A DNA stretch of 64,000 bases from Deltaproteobacteria bacterium (GCA_030655955.1 JAUSOZ010000015.1:1669-65668); one strand, 5' to 3'; numbered from the stretch's first letter, positions 43,250 to 52,203 are shown. Numbers and translations: made by a program. The notes: generated by a model not told the origin, from the letters alone.

Positions 43250-43447
43250 ATGCCGATCGCACCTAAGATTTTAGCGGCCATCAGTGGGGCCATTGCGGCC
43301 TATATGGCCGACGAGGAGGCCTGCCAGATGGCGGCGGCGGGTTTGGCGGCCCCGGCCCCGGGCCCGCCCATAAACCTCTGGGGAATGTCCGGGCGTTCCG
43401 AGGCCATGCAGCTCAGGCTCTTGATGCAGCGGCGGAGTTTGCGGTAG
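43250..43447 (+). CDS. Small Ala-rich hypothetical protein between the two transcarboxylase genes
   Basis: ATG preceded by GAGGTGGAG. 65 aa: MPIAPKILAAISGAIAAYMADEE ... PINLWGMSGRSEAMQLRLLMQR. It is reminiscent of small accessory subunits of biotin decarboxylase/transcarboxylase complexes, but the family is not recognised with certainty. Confidence 0.4.
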   Translation: MPIAPKILAAISGAIAAYMADEEACQMAAAGLAAPAPGPPINLWGMSGRSEAMQLRLLMQRRSLR

Positions 43448-43466
43448 TCGCCCAGGTGCGCGTCCA

Positions 43467-43528
43467 GGGCGGACACACGGGTCCGCCCCTACGAAAATCC
43501 CCCCTGACCCCCTTGAGAAAAGGGGGGG
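43467..43528. repeat. Family-B variant hairpin (GGGCGGACacacggGTCCGCCCCTACG) fused to a family-D element
   Basis: gggcggacacacgggtccgcccctacgaaaatcccccctgacccccttgagaaaaggggggg. Confidence 0.65.
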
Positions 43529-43604
43529 ATGGTGGGCCGGGGCCGCAAGGTTTCCCGGTGAAACGGGGGATTGATACCTCATGAGCCATCAAAGGACTAT
43601 TTTT

Positions 43605-43683
43605 GTCATTCTGAGTGCAGCGAAGAATCTCTTCTTTAAAGCCGCCGAGATTCGTAACGAAGCTGCGCTCCGTTCAGAATGAC
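43605..43683. repeat. 79-bp inverted-repeat element (family F: GTCATTCTGAG..GCAGCGAAG ... CTGCGC..TCAGAATGAC)
   Basis: gtcattctgagtgcagcgaagaatctcttctttaaagccgccgagattcgtaacgaagctgcgctccgttcagaatgac. A half-copy lies at 46107-46157. Confidence 0.75.
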
Positions 43684-43828
43684 ATGAATTTTCATAGGTT
43701 ATTGACTGCAACTTTATATGAGGGGCTTTAACCAGCAGCCTTGACAGTTATTCATGGGCCGGTGGCCCACCCGTAAAACATGCAAATATATGTGGGCGGG
43801 CATTGCCCGCCGATTCGGCTGACTAATT

Positions 43829-43850
43829 GGTGCGTAGGACGCACCCTACG
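43829..43850. repeat. Family-C hairpin GGTGCGTAGGACGCACCCTACG
   Basis: Identical to 31783-31804. It is followed by aaaaaCTTTTTGAACG, as at 28741-28752. Confidence 0.8.
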
Positions 43851-43866
43851 AAAAACTTTTTGAACG

Positions 43867-43901
43867 GAAAACGGAAAACCGAAAACGGAAAACTGAAAAA
43901 A
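43867..43901. repeat. Tandem heptamer array (GAAAACN x5)
   Basis: gaaaacg gaaaacc gaaaacg gaaaact gaaaaaa. Confidence 0.9.
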
Positions 43902-43915
43902 GCGGTTTGTTTTAA

Positions 43916-43950
43916 AGCTGACAGCTGACGGCTGACAGCTGAAAGCTGAC
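43916..43950. repeat. Tandem heptamer array (AGCTGAC x5)
   Basis: agctgac agctgac ggctgac agctgaa agctgac. It ends 5 nt before the AAGGAG RBS of the 43967 gene. Confidence 0.9.
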
Positions 43951-43966
43951 GACAAAGGAGTCATCC

Positions 43967-45898
43967 ATGGCCGGAAAAAATCCCATCAAATTCACCGATA
44001 CCACCTTTAGGGACGGTCACCAGTCGCTGCTGGCCACCCGCATGCGGTCCGAGGACATCATTCCCTTCATGGCGCGCATGGACCAGATGGGCTACTTTGC
44101 CATCGAGGTTTGGGGGGGCGCCACCTTCGACACCACCCACCGTTTCCTGGGGGACGACCCCTGGGAGCGCATCCGCACCATCAAGGGGATCCTGAAGAAG
44201 ACCCCCACCATGATGCTGTTGCGGGGCCAGAACCTGGTGGGATACCGGAACTACGCCGACGATCTCACCTACCGGTTCGTGCGCTATGCCGCCGAGGCCG
44301 GGGTGGACATCTTCCGGGTCTTCGACGCGCTGAACGACATGCGCAACTGGGAAGTGGCGGTCAAGGCCCTGATGGACGCCAAAAAGGCCGGCCTCATGGC
44401 CCACTTCCAGGCGGCGGTGTGCTATTCGCTGACCCAGCGGCGCATGGGCGGGCCCATCTTCAACCTGGACTACTACGTCAATTTTGCCAAGAAGTCCGAG
44501 GACATGGGGGCCGACTCGGTGGTCTTGAAGGACATGGCCGGCATGTGCTCGCCGAATGACGCCTACGCCATCATCAAGGGGATGAAGGATACCATCAAGA
44601 TCCCGGTGGAGTTCCACACCCACTACACCTCGGGCTCGGGCTCCATGAGCTACCTGAAGGCCATCGAGGCGGGCGTGGACGTGCTGGACACCTGCCTGTC
44701 GCCCTTTGCGCTGCGGACCTCCCAGCCGGCCATCGAGCCGCTCATCGTGGCGGTGGAGCAGACCGACCGGGAAACCGACATGAACCTGGCGGGCTTGATC
44801 GCGATCGGCTACGACCTGGAGAAGGTGGCGGTGAAGTACCGGGACCTGCTGGACACCTCCAAGATGGCCCAGATCGACACCGGGGTGCTGCTGCACCAGA
44901 TCCCCGGGGGCATGTACTCCAACCTGGTGAACCAGCTCAAAGAGTTGGACGCCTTGGACCGGATCCACGAGGTGATGGCGGACCTGCCCCAGACCCGGCA
45001 GGAGCTGGGGTTCCCGCCGCTGGTGACCCCCACCAGCCAGATTGTGGGCATCCAGGCGGTGATGAACGTGCTGTTCGGGCGCTACAAGAAGGTGACGGCC
45101 GAGACCCAGGGCCTGGCCTACGGCCTCTACGGCAAGACCCCGGCCCCCATGGACCTGGAGGTGCAGAAGCACATCCTCAAGGGCTACGAGCGGGGCGAGA
45201 CGCCCACCACCGGGCGGCCCGGGGACATCCTGGCGCCGGAGTGGGACAAGGCGGTGGCGGACACCAAGGCCATTGCCAAGGACGAAGGCGACATCCTGAT
45301 CTACGCCCTGTACCCCACCACGGGCATGCGTTTCCTCAAGTGGAAGTATAACCTGGAGCCCATCCCCGCCGAAGTCAAGGGCAAGACTCTGGAGCAGATC
45401 GCCCTGGAAGACGGGGTTTATCTGACCATCAAGCAGAAAAAACTTTTCGCCAAGGTGAAGGAGTATCTGGATACGCTGTCCCAGGCGGCGCCGGAAAAGG
45501 GCCCGGGGACGCGGGGCTTCAACGTCTTCGTGGACGGGCAGTACTACAACGTCGAGGTGGAGTGCACCTCCGGGGCGCCGGTGATCACCAATGTGGCCCC
45601 GGCACGTGGCACAGGCGTCTCGCCTGTGGTCGCGGCGGCCCCGGCTCCGGCCCCCCGGCCGGCGGCAGCCCCGGCGGCGGGGGACGCGCCCCTCAAGGCC
45701 CCCATGCCCGGGATGATCATCAGCTATGCGGTGAAGGTGGGTGATGCGGTGAAAACCGGCGACCTGATCTGCGTGCTCGAGGCCATGAAGATGCAGAACA
45801 GCCTCCCGGCGCCCGCAAGCGGAGTGGTGAAGGCCATCAACTTCGAGCCCGGCGCCAGCGTCGCCAAAGACGCCACCATCCTGGTGATCGGCACCTAA
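43967..45898 (+). CDS. Transcarboxylase 5S-type (pyruvate/oxaloacetate carboxyltransferase, HMGL-like TIM barrel) subunit fused to a biotin carboxyl-carrier domain
   Basis: FTDTTFRDGHQSLLATRM and EVWGGATFD (OadA/PycB/5S family). An Ala/Pro linker (AAAPAPAPRPAAAPAAG) precedes the biotinyl domain with CVLEAMKMQN. Confidence 0.9.
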   Translation: MAGKNPIKFTDTTFRDGHQSLLATRMRSEDIIPFMARMDQMGYFAIEVWGGATFDTTHRFLGDDPWERIRTIKGILKKTPTMMLLRGQNLVGYRNYADDLTYRFVRYAAEAGVDIFRVFDALNDMRNWEVAVKALMDAKKAGLMAHFQAAVCYSLTQRRMGGPIFNLDYYVNFAKKSEDMGADSVVLKDMAGMCSPNDAYAIIKGMKDTIKIPVEFHTHYTSGSGSMSYLKAIEAGVDVLDTCLSPFALRTSQPAIEPLIVAVEQTDRETDMNLAGLIAIGYDLEKVAVKYRDLLDTSKMAQIDTGVLLHQIPGGMYSNLVNQLKELDALDRIHEVMADLPQTRQELGFPPLVTPTSQIVGIQAVMNVLFGRYKKVTAETQGLAYGLYGKTPAPMDLEVQKHILKGYERGETPTTGRPGDILAPEWDKAVADTKAIAKDEGDILIYALYPTTGMRFLKWKYNLEPIPAEVKGKTLEQIALEDGVYLTIKQKKLFAKVKEYLDTLSQAAPEKGPGTRGFNVFVDGQYYNVEVECTSGAPVITNVAPARGTGVSPVVAAAPAPAPRPAAAPAAGDAPLKAPMPGMIISYAVKVGDAVKTGDLICVLEAMKMQNSLPAPASGVVKAINFEPGASVAKDATILVIGT

Positions 45899-45904
45899 AC
45901 AATC

Positions 45905-45933
45905 GTAGGGGCGGGTTTAAAACCCGCCCCTAC
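45905..45933. repeat. Family-B hairpin GTAGGGGCGGGtttaaaaCCCGCCCCTAC
   Basis: Perfect 11-bp stem, 7 nt after the 5S-BCCP stop. Confidence 0.75.
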
Positions 45934-45973
45934 AGGCCCAATACCCGCACGACATCCTTTCATAGACCAAAAA

Positions 45974-46006
45974 GACCGGGGAGAAGCATCCCCCGGTCTT
46001 TTTTTT
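45974..46006 (+). terminator. Rho-independent terminator of the transcarboxylase operon
   Basis: GACCGGGG-agaagcat-CCCCGGTC followed by eight T residues. Confidence 0.8.
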
Positions 46007-46106
46007 AGCTGGAAGCCTGAGCTTATGGCTGGTTTTGCTGGTAGTAACCGCGGAAGCCAGGCCCATTTTCTGAGAAGAAGTTGCGGTCATAAATAATAAT
46101 ATTCAT

Positions 46107-46157
46107 GTCATTCTGGGCGGAACGCAGCGGAGTGAAGCATCTCGGCGGCTTTAAAGC
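46107..46157. repeat. Family-F half element
   Basis: gtcattctgggcggaacgcagcggagtgaagcatctcggcggctttaaagcgg aligns to the reverse complement of the right arm of 43605-43683, including tctcggcggctttaaag. Confidence 0.65.
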
Positions 46158-46167
46158 GGTGCCGGAA

Positions 46168-46257
46168 CATATGAGGCTTGAGGCGCTACCGCCTTATAGT
46201 TTACAACCCAACCCGGTGGAACAAATCTGGGATGGAATTCGGGAGAAGCGGTACCCG
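46168..46257 (+). pseudogene. IS630/Tc1-mariner-family transposase C-terminal remnant
   Basis: HMRLEALPPYSLQPNPVEQIWDGIREKRYP matches the conserved LPPYSPxLNPIExxW region (third catalytic acidic residue) of IS630 DDE transposases. Only ~30 codons are present and no terminal inverted repeats were identified. Confidence 0.55.
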
Positions 46258-46452
46258 AGAGTGCCGCGGTGCCAGCGCAGATCAGGTTGAACATCTCGAA
46301 TAAGAAGAACCGCTCAGGGAAACTCGCGGGAAAATTGTGGCCGGGAGGTCAATAATGCCAAGATTGTCTACCGCCGATAGCTTCACCCGGAAACTTTTTA
46401 TGACATCATTGGCAATCCTGGCCCAGTGTGCTAATATGCCCCTGGGCCTCTC

Positions 46453-47607
46453 GTGGAACTAATTTTAATCATTGGAATTTCGGCACTGCTGCAGTTTGCT
46501 GCGGCCTTTTTCGCTTTCAGGTTGATCCGGGTGACGGGATTTCAGATTGCCTGGGTCCTGATCTCCGCGGCCTTCTGTGCCATGGGCATTCGCCGGGTCA
46601 TCGCCCTGGCCGAATTGCTGGCCGGCGAACTGCCGCATGGTGGCGATTTAGTAGTAGAATCCGTGGGGCTGGTCATCTCGATCATGATGCTGGCCGGCGT
46701 CTTATCCATAGGTCCTCTCTTCCGCACCATCAAGGCCGCGGAAGCGGCGCTGCGGCAGTCCCGGGACGAGCTGGAAGGACTGGTGTCGGAGCGCACTGAA
46801 GAATTACAGGATGCCAACGCCCGCCTGTCCGTGGAACTGGACGAACGTCGAAAGGCCGAACACCTGATGGCCCAATACGCCGGAGACCTGGCGCGTTCCA
46901 ATGCCGAACTGGAGCAATTTGCCTACGTGGCCTCCCACGACCTGCAAGAACCGTTACGGATGGTGGCCAGTTTCACCCAGCTCCTGGCCAAGCGTTACCG
47001 GGGCCAACTTGATGCTGATGCCGATGAATTCATCGGCTTTGCCGTGGATGGGTCTACCCGTATGCAGCGGCTCCTGAATGATTTGCTGGCTTATTCCCGG
47101 GTGGGTACCCGGAGCAAACCCTTTGTCATGGTAGAGTGCGACTCGGTTTTAAGCGACGCCTTGGATAACCTGAAGCCGGCCATTGAGGAGAGCGGCGCCA
47201 TAATCACGCACGAGCCGTTACCCATCGTCAGGGGCGATGAAGTTCAGCTCACCCAACTGTTTCAAAACCTCATTGCCAATGCCGTCAAATTCCACGGCCA
47301 CGAACCGCTCCAGGTCCATATTTCCGCCCAACTGCAAGACGGCGATTGGGTGTTTGCGGTGCGGGATAACGGCATTGGTATTGCTCCGGAACAGCAAGAG
47401 CGCATTTTTTTAATCTTTCAGCGCCTGCATCACCGGTCGGAATATCCCGGCACCGGTATCGGCCTGGCCCTCTGTAAGCGGATTGTAGAACGCCACGGCG
47501 GCCGGATCTGGGTTGAGTCAGAGGTGGGGAAGGGTGCAATGTTTTACTTCACAATCAAGGGAGGGGAAAATGCCCCGAAAGAACCGAGAGAATTGTCGGC
47601 CAATTGA
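46453..47607 (+). CDS. Membrane sensor histidine kinase (HisKA + HATPase)
   Basis: GTG start. Three or four N-terminal TM helices, a coiled coil, H-box [17 protein letters not shown]-box LIANAVKF, and G-boxes DNGIGI / GTGIGLA. Confidence 0.85.
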   Translation: MELILIIGISALLQFAAAFFAFRLIRVTGFQIAWVLISAAFCAMGIRRVIALAELLAGELPHGGDLVVESVGLVISIMMLAGVLSIGPLFRTIKAAEAALRQSRDELEGLVSERTEELQDANARLSVELDERRKAEHLMAQYAGDLARSNAELEQFAYVASHDLQEPLRMVASFTQLLAKRYRGQLDADADEFIGFAVDGSTRMQRLLNDLLAYSRVGTRSKPFVMVECDSVLSDALDNLKPAIEESGAIITHEPLPIVRGDEVQLTQLFQNLIANAVKFHGHEPLQVHISAQLQDGDWVFAVRDNGIGIAPEQQERIFLIFQRLHHRSEYPGTGIGLALCKRIVERHGGRIWVESEVGKGAMFYFTIKGGENAPKEPRELSAN

Positions 47608-48022
47608 AATATTATTGGTGGAAGACAACCCGGGTGATGTGCGCCTCACCCAAGAAGCCCTGAGAGAAGGCAAGGTGCGCAACCATCTCCACGTGGCGGC
47701 CGATGGCGTAGACGCCATGGCCTTCCTGCGCCGGGAAGGTCAGCATGCCCATGCCCCGCAGCCGGACCTGATCCTCCTGGACTTGAACCTGCCGAAAAAG
47801 GGGGGCCGGGAAGTGTTGGCAGAAATTAAGGAAGACCCGGAACTGCGGCGCATACCGGTGGTAATCCTGACCGTCTCCAAGGCCGAGGAAGACGTCTTGA
47901 AAAGCTATAACCTCCATGCCAACTGTTACATTACCAAGCCGGTGAATCTGGACCAGTTTCTCGAGGTCGTGAAGTCGATTGAAGATTTTTGGTTAACCGT
48001 GGTGATGCTACCACCGAGATAG
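47570..48022 (+). CDS. Single-domain response regulator
   Basis: The ATG at 47570 is preceded by GGGAGGGG and overlaps the kinase end. Motifs: [31 protein letters not shown]. Confidence 0.85.
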   Translation: MPRKNRENCRPIEILLVEDNPGDVRLTQEALREGKVRNHLHVAADGVDAMAFLRREGQHAHAPQPDLILLDLNLPKKGGREVLAEIKEDPELRRIPVVILTVSKAEEDVLKSYNLHANCYITKPVNLDQFLEVVKSIEDFWLTVVMLPPR

Positions 48023-48027
48023 CGATT

Positions 48028-49455
48028 ATGACGGGGAAAAGCACGAATATTCTCCTGGTGGAGGATAATCCGGGAGACGCCCGCCTGGTCCGGGAAATGC
48101 TGGCCGAGGCCGGAGGCGGGAGCTTTGCAGTCGATTGGGTCACCAGCCTGTCCGAGGCGCTGGAGCACCTGGCCCGAGGCGGTATCGACCTGGTGCTCCT
48201 GGACCTGGGTTTACCGGACAGCCAGGGACTGGGCACCTTCCTGCGGGCTTATGAGCCGGCCTCCCATCTGCCGTTCCTGGTACTTACGGGCTACGCCGAT
48301 GAGACTCTCGGGTCCACTGCGGTGCGCCAGGGGGCCCAGGACTACCTCCCCAAGGGAGAGGTGACCGGCAGCCTGCTTCACCGCGCCATCCGCTATGCCA
48401 TCGAGCGCAAGCGGTCCGAGGCGTCGCTGGCGGCAGAGCATCAAAAGCTCTTCTCCCTCCTGGATGAACTCCCTGCCCTGGTTTATCTGAAGGCGCCGGA
48501 ATATTTTATTCGTTTTGCCAACCGGATTTTTCGGGATACCTTTGGCCCCTGGGAGGGGAAACGCTGCTTCGAGGTGCTGTTCGGCAGACAAGAACCCTGC
48601 CAGGACTGCCCCTCCTTTACGGTCCTCAAGACCCATGCGCCCCACCAATGGGAGTGGACCAGGCCTGATAGCGCCCGCACCTATCAAGTCCATAATTACC
48701 CCTTCGCCGATACCGACGGCTCCCCCCTGGTGCTCACTCTCGGCGTCGACATCACCGAACGCCAGCAGGCGGAGAAGACTTTGCGGGAGTCTGAGAAAAA
48801 ATTGCGCCTGCTGGCTGACCAGCTGCTGACGGCGCAGGAAGACGAACGCAAGCGCATCTCCGGCGAACTGCACGATGAACTGGGACACGCCCTGCTCACC
48901 CTGAAACTGGACTTGAGGTCCATCGAAAAACAGCTGCTCCCGGAGCAGCAGGCCATAGCCGAAGAAGTTGAATCAATCCTCGGATATATCGATGCAGTGA
49001 TTAAAAATGTCCGCCGCCTCTATCTAGGCTTGAGCCCCGGTGACCTGGAGGATTTGGGACTAACTGCCGCCCTCAAAAGTCTCATCGATGAATTTAGCCA
49101 ACATAACCAGAAAATAACCTGGTCAATTGATTTCGACGGCATCGATGGTCTCTTTCCCCTGGAGTTTCAAACCAATATTTATAGGATTTTTCAAGAAATA
49201 TTGACGAATATCGGCAAGCATGCCGCCCCCACCCATATATCAATTGTGATACAAAAAACCAATAAGGGGGTGTTGTTTAAGGTAGAGGACAACGGCAGGG
49301 GTTTTAATTACAACGATCTTCTGGACGGTTCTTATAACCACGGATTGGGGCTTATAGTTATGGAAGAACGGGTAAGAATAATGGGGGGCTCTTTTACCGT
49401 AACTAGCCGAGAAAACGACGGGACGAAAATATTTTTTACTATCCAAGTTTCATAG
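48028..49455 (+). CDS. Hybrid REC-PAS-histidine kinase (HisKA_3 / NarX-DegS type)
   Basis: N-terminal REC ([30 protein letters not shown]), a PAS-like Cys-rich segment (CFEVLFGRQEPCQDCP), HisKA_3 H-box ISGELHDELGHAL, and HATPase (NIGKHA, DNGRGF, GLGLIVMEER). Confidence 0.85.
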   Translation: MTGKSTNILLVEDNPGDARLVREMLAEAGGGSFAVDWVTSLSEALEHLARGGIDLVLLDLGLPDSQGLGTFLRAYEPASHLPFLVLTGYADETLGSTAVRQGAQDYLPKGEVTGSLLHRAIRYAIERKRSEASLAAEHQKLFSLLDELPALVYLKAPEYFIRFANRIFRDTFGPWEGKRCFEVLFGRQEPCQDCPSFTVLKTHAPHQWEWTRPDSARTYQVHNYPFADTDGSPLVLTLGVDITERQQAEKTLRESEKKLRLLADQLLTAQEDERKRISGELHDELGHALLTLKLDLRSIEKQLLPEQQAIAEEVESILGYIDAVIKNVRRLYLGLSPGDLEDLGLTAALKSLIDEFSQHNQKITWSIDFDGIDGLFPLEFQTNIYRIFQEILTNIGKHAAPTHISIVIQKTNKGVLFKVEDNGRGFNYNDLLDGSYNHGLGLIVMEERVRIMGGSFTVTSRENDGTKIFFTIQVS

Positions 49456-49462
49456 GGAGGAC

Positions 49463-50107
49463 ATGAGATTGAGTCCTTATTTTTTGGTGCTGGCTGATGA
49501 TCACGTCATGTTCCGTAAGGGTGTCAAAAAGATAATCACGGGAGTTGACGACTTCGAAGTCATCGGGGAAGCCAACGATGGCCGGGAATTGTTGGACCTC
49601 CTGCAAACCACCAAGCCTCACCTGATAATCCTGGATATTTCCATGCCCAACCTCCGGGGACTGGAAGCAACCCGGGAAATCAAGCAGATTTACCCGCACA
49701 TCAAGATCCTGCTGCTCACCATGCACAAGAAAAAAGAATTCATTCAGCAGGCGATGGCGGCAGGAGCTGACGGGTACCTGCTTAAAGAAGACGCTGACAC
49801 CGAACTGTTAAAAGCGGTAAAAACCATCCGGGAGGGGAATAAATTCATTTCCTCGCTGTTATCTTCCGAACTGGCGGACTTGGTCACGGCGACCAGCCAG
49901 ACAGGTGCGCTAACCGGGCGGGAAAGGGAGGTTTTGCAGCACGTGGCCGAAGGCAAGTCTTCCCGAGAAATAGGTGATCTCCTCCATATCAGTATCTTTA
50001 CGGTGCGCCGGCACCGGGAGAGCATCATCAGGAAACTCAACCTCAACAATATGGCCGATCTGGTCAAATACGCCCTCGACCACGGTTATACTTACAGCAA
50101 TGGTTGA
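49463..50107 (+). CDS. NarL/FixJ-family response regulator (REC + LuxR HTH)
   Basis: VLADDHVMFRKG, LIILDISMP, LLTMH and C-terminal LTGREREVLQHVAEGKSSREIGDLLHISIFTVRRHRESIIRKL. Confidence 0.9.
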   Translation: MRLSPYFLVLADDHVMFRKGVKKIITGVDDFEVIGEANDGRELLDLLQTTKPHLIILDISMPNLRGLEATREIKQIYPHIKILLLTMHKKKEFIQQAMAAGADGYLLKEDADTELLKAVKTIREGNKFISSLLSSELADLVTATSQTGALTGREREVLQHVAEGKSSREIGDLLHISIFTVRRHRESIIRKLNLNNMADLVKYALDHGYTYSNG

Positions 50108-50682
50108 TTCCGGCCGGGCAAGCCGCATAGTCACTTGTGCCTATCTAAAAATAGTCCTTCCAGCCAATTTCTTTTTATCTCCACAAGACTTAGCATAACA
50201 GATAGTTTTCCGGCGCGGTTCGGCTGGTACGAACTAAGCGTCCGTTGGGGTGGAATGTTTCTTTAAGGCTACCCCGGACGATTTATCCGGCTGGGACCAG
50301 GGGAAACCGGCGGACTGCTCTCCCCATCCGGAGAGGAGCCAGGGGTTGAAATCATGAGTCGAACTAAAGAGTACCCCGGATTTGTCTCGGCGTTCCAACA
50401 AACTGCAGCAATGCTTCGTCAGGTACAGTATGACGGGGTCTGCTGGCGCCACCTATCCCAGAGATTGGGGTTCCTGGTCAGCACACCCCGGCCCTGGACG
50501 GGGTTCTTACCGTTATCTTACGGGGCCGCGGCTCATGGGCCTGAACCTCATCTACTACCGAAAAATTGGAGCTAATGGCAACCAGCGGCTCAACCATTGT
50601 GGCCGGCGGCCAAGATCTCCCTACGGAAACTGCTCTTGAGAAGTGTAACCGCTCGTTTATTCAATGCTTATCAGGAGGGAAA

Positions 50683-50889
50683 ATGGAGCCCCAGACTGAG
50701 GTAGAAAAATATTTTCATTGCCGGATCGCCGTCATCGAGATGAAACTCGGAGAGAGCAAAGAGAACGCCTGGTCGCTTCACCTTTTAGAACATCCTGAAG
50801 ATGCGTATGCGGACATTAAGGTTTTCAATCGGCACAGCCTGCCGTCTATAGTTCCTCAAAAGAAAAAAGCGGATAATTTTTATTTTTAA
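50683..50889 (+). CDS. Small hypothetical protein
   Basis: The ATG at 50683 is preceded by AGGAGGG. 68 aa with no recognisable family, lying in a lower-GC stretch. Confidence 0.3.
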   Translation: MEPQTEVEKYFHCRIAVIEMKLGESKENAWSLHLLEHPEDAYADIKVFNRHSLPSIVPQKKKADNFYF

Positions 50890-51142
50890 CCAACCGTGGC
50901 CTGGTTCTTTTTCGATAGCTGCTTCCATACCGTCTGGGGTTATCTGGATTTATGGAGAAAACTACACGTAACTATCTGGGGATACGAGAAAAAAAGGTAT
51001 GAGGCTGATTCGGACAGAGCTGCGTTCGCTGGCGGGATTAAGATAACGGAGTCGGCGAGACTACTATCCACGCCAAGCGTCTGGTTCATGATGGATTTAT
51101 CTTAAAGAGTGGCTCGGCCAGCGATAGGCTTCTTGTTCCAGG

Positions 51143-52102
51143 TCACTTCTCCCGCCAGACCACCACCAGGCCCAGGCAGAGCCAGAAGGCTTCCCGGAGG
51201 CGCCGGAGGATGCTGAAGGCGGCGCCCAGATCGAAACCCAGCTTGAAGCCCAGGGCCAGGAGGATGTTGCCGCCCTCCTGGACCCCCATGGCGGCGGGGA
51301 TAAAAAACCCCAGGGCCGTGAAGAGCATGGCCAGGGCATCCAGGCAGACGGCCATGCCCGGGCTGATGGGGTGGCCCAGGAGCCAGAAAATCAGATAGAC
51401 CTCCACCGAATGGAGCAGCCAGCTGAGGAAAAACAGGAAAAAGGCCAGCGCCGCCCGGGACGGATATTGCCGGTAAAACTGGGACATGGCCGTGTCCAGA
51501 TTCTCTAAAAAGCCCTCCTGATCCCGGAGAAAGTGGGGCAGCCAGCCGCGCCGGTTCAGGAAGCGGAAGCTGTTGCCAAAGGGCTCCCGCCGCTGCACGA
51601 TGACGAAAATAATGCCGACGGCCGCCAGACCCAGGGCCGCCAGGCATAAGAACAGCATATGCTTGGCCGCCTCCGGCAGATAGAAGGGGGCCAGGGCCAG
51701 CCCGGTAAAGATATACAGCACCAGGCTCAGCACCAGGATGCCCTTCATGATCACCACCGAGGCGCTGGCCATCTCCAGGGGCACGCCGTCGGCCTGGAGG
51801 CGGGAGGCCTTGAAGGGCTCGCCCCCCAGGCTGGCGGTGGGAGTGAGCTGGTTCAGGGCTTCGCCCCCGAGGCGCAGCCAGAAGAGCCGGCCCACCGTGG
51901 TCCTGGCCGGTGTGTCCACCAGGATATACTTCCAGGACCAGGCTTCCAGCCAGTTGACCAGCCCATAAGGCAGCAGGAGCAGCGGCCAGTACCACCCTAC
52001 CTGCCAGAGATAGTGGCCCAGGGTATCCCACCCCACCTCGTTGAGAATCCAGACGAAGAAAACCGAGGCGATGAGCAGGAGAATGAGATTGGCGAGGCGC
52101 AA
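51143..52102 (-). CDS. Lysylphosphatidylglycerol-synthase-TM-like (UPF0104 flippase-like) membrane protein
   Basis: 8 TM helices. Family-typical LFWLRLGGEALNQLTPTASLGGEPFKASRL and C-terminal GVQEGGNILLALGF. Confidence 0.7.
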   Translation of the reverse strand: MRLANLILLLIASVFFVWILNEVGWDTLGHYLWQVGWYWPLLLLPYGLVNWLEAWSWKYILVDTPARTTVGRLFWLRLGGEALNQLTPTASLGGEPFKASRLQADGVPLEMASASVVIMKGILVLSLVLYIFTGLALAPFYLPEAAKHMLFLCLAALGLAAVGIIFVIVQRREPFGNSFRFLNRRGWLPHFLRDQEGFLENLDTAMSQFYRQYPSRAALAFFLFFLSWLLHSVEVYLIFWLLGHPISPGMAVCLDALAMLFTALGFFIPAAMGVQEGGNILLALGFKLGFDLGAAFSILRRLREAFWLCLGLVVVWREK

Positions 52103-52203
52103 CAGCGTATCCTTCTCGGCATGGGCGTGGGAGAGAATCAGCCGGCCGGATAATAGCCCTTATCGGAAGAATAATAGCAGAATGCAACGGATCAAGGAAG
52201 GGC

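Noticed and set aside
43961-45172. 403-aa minus-strand ORF
   Set aside because: It is antisense to the well-supported 5S-BCCP gene and has a low-complexity H/G/L/V/Q-rich translation.
50230-50570. Group II intron, RNase P, tmRNA or SRP RNA
   Set aside because: None of the hallmark motifs is present: no domain V AGC..GNRA hairpin, no GAGGAAAGTCC, no GGGGCTGA..., and no SRP GGAA/AGCA loop. No RT gene is nearby. The region is retained only as an unexplained stretch.
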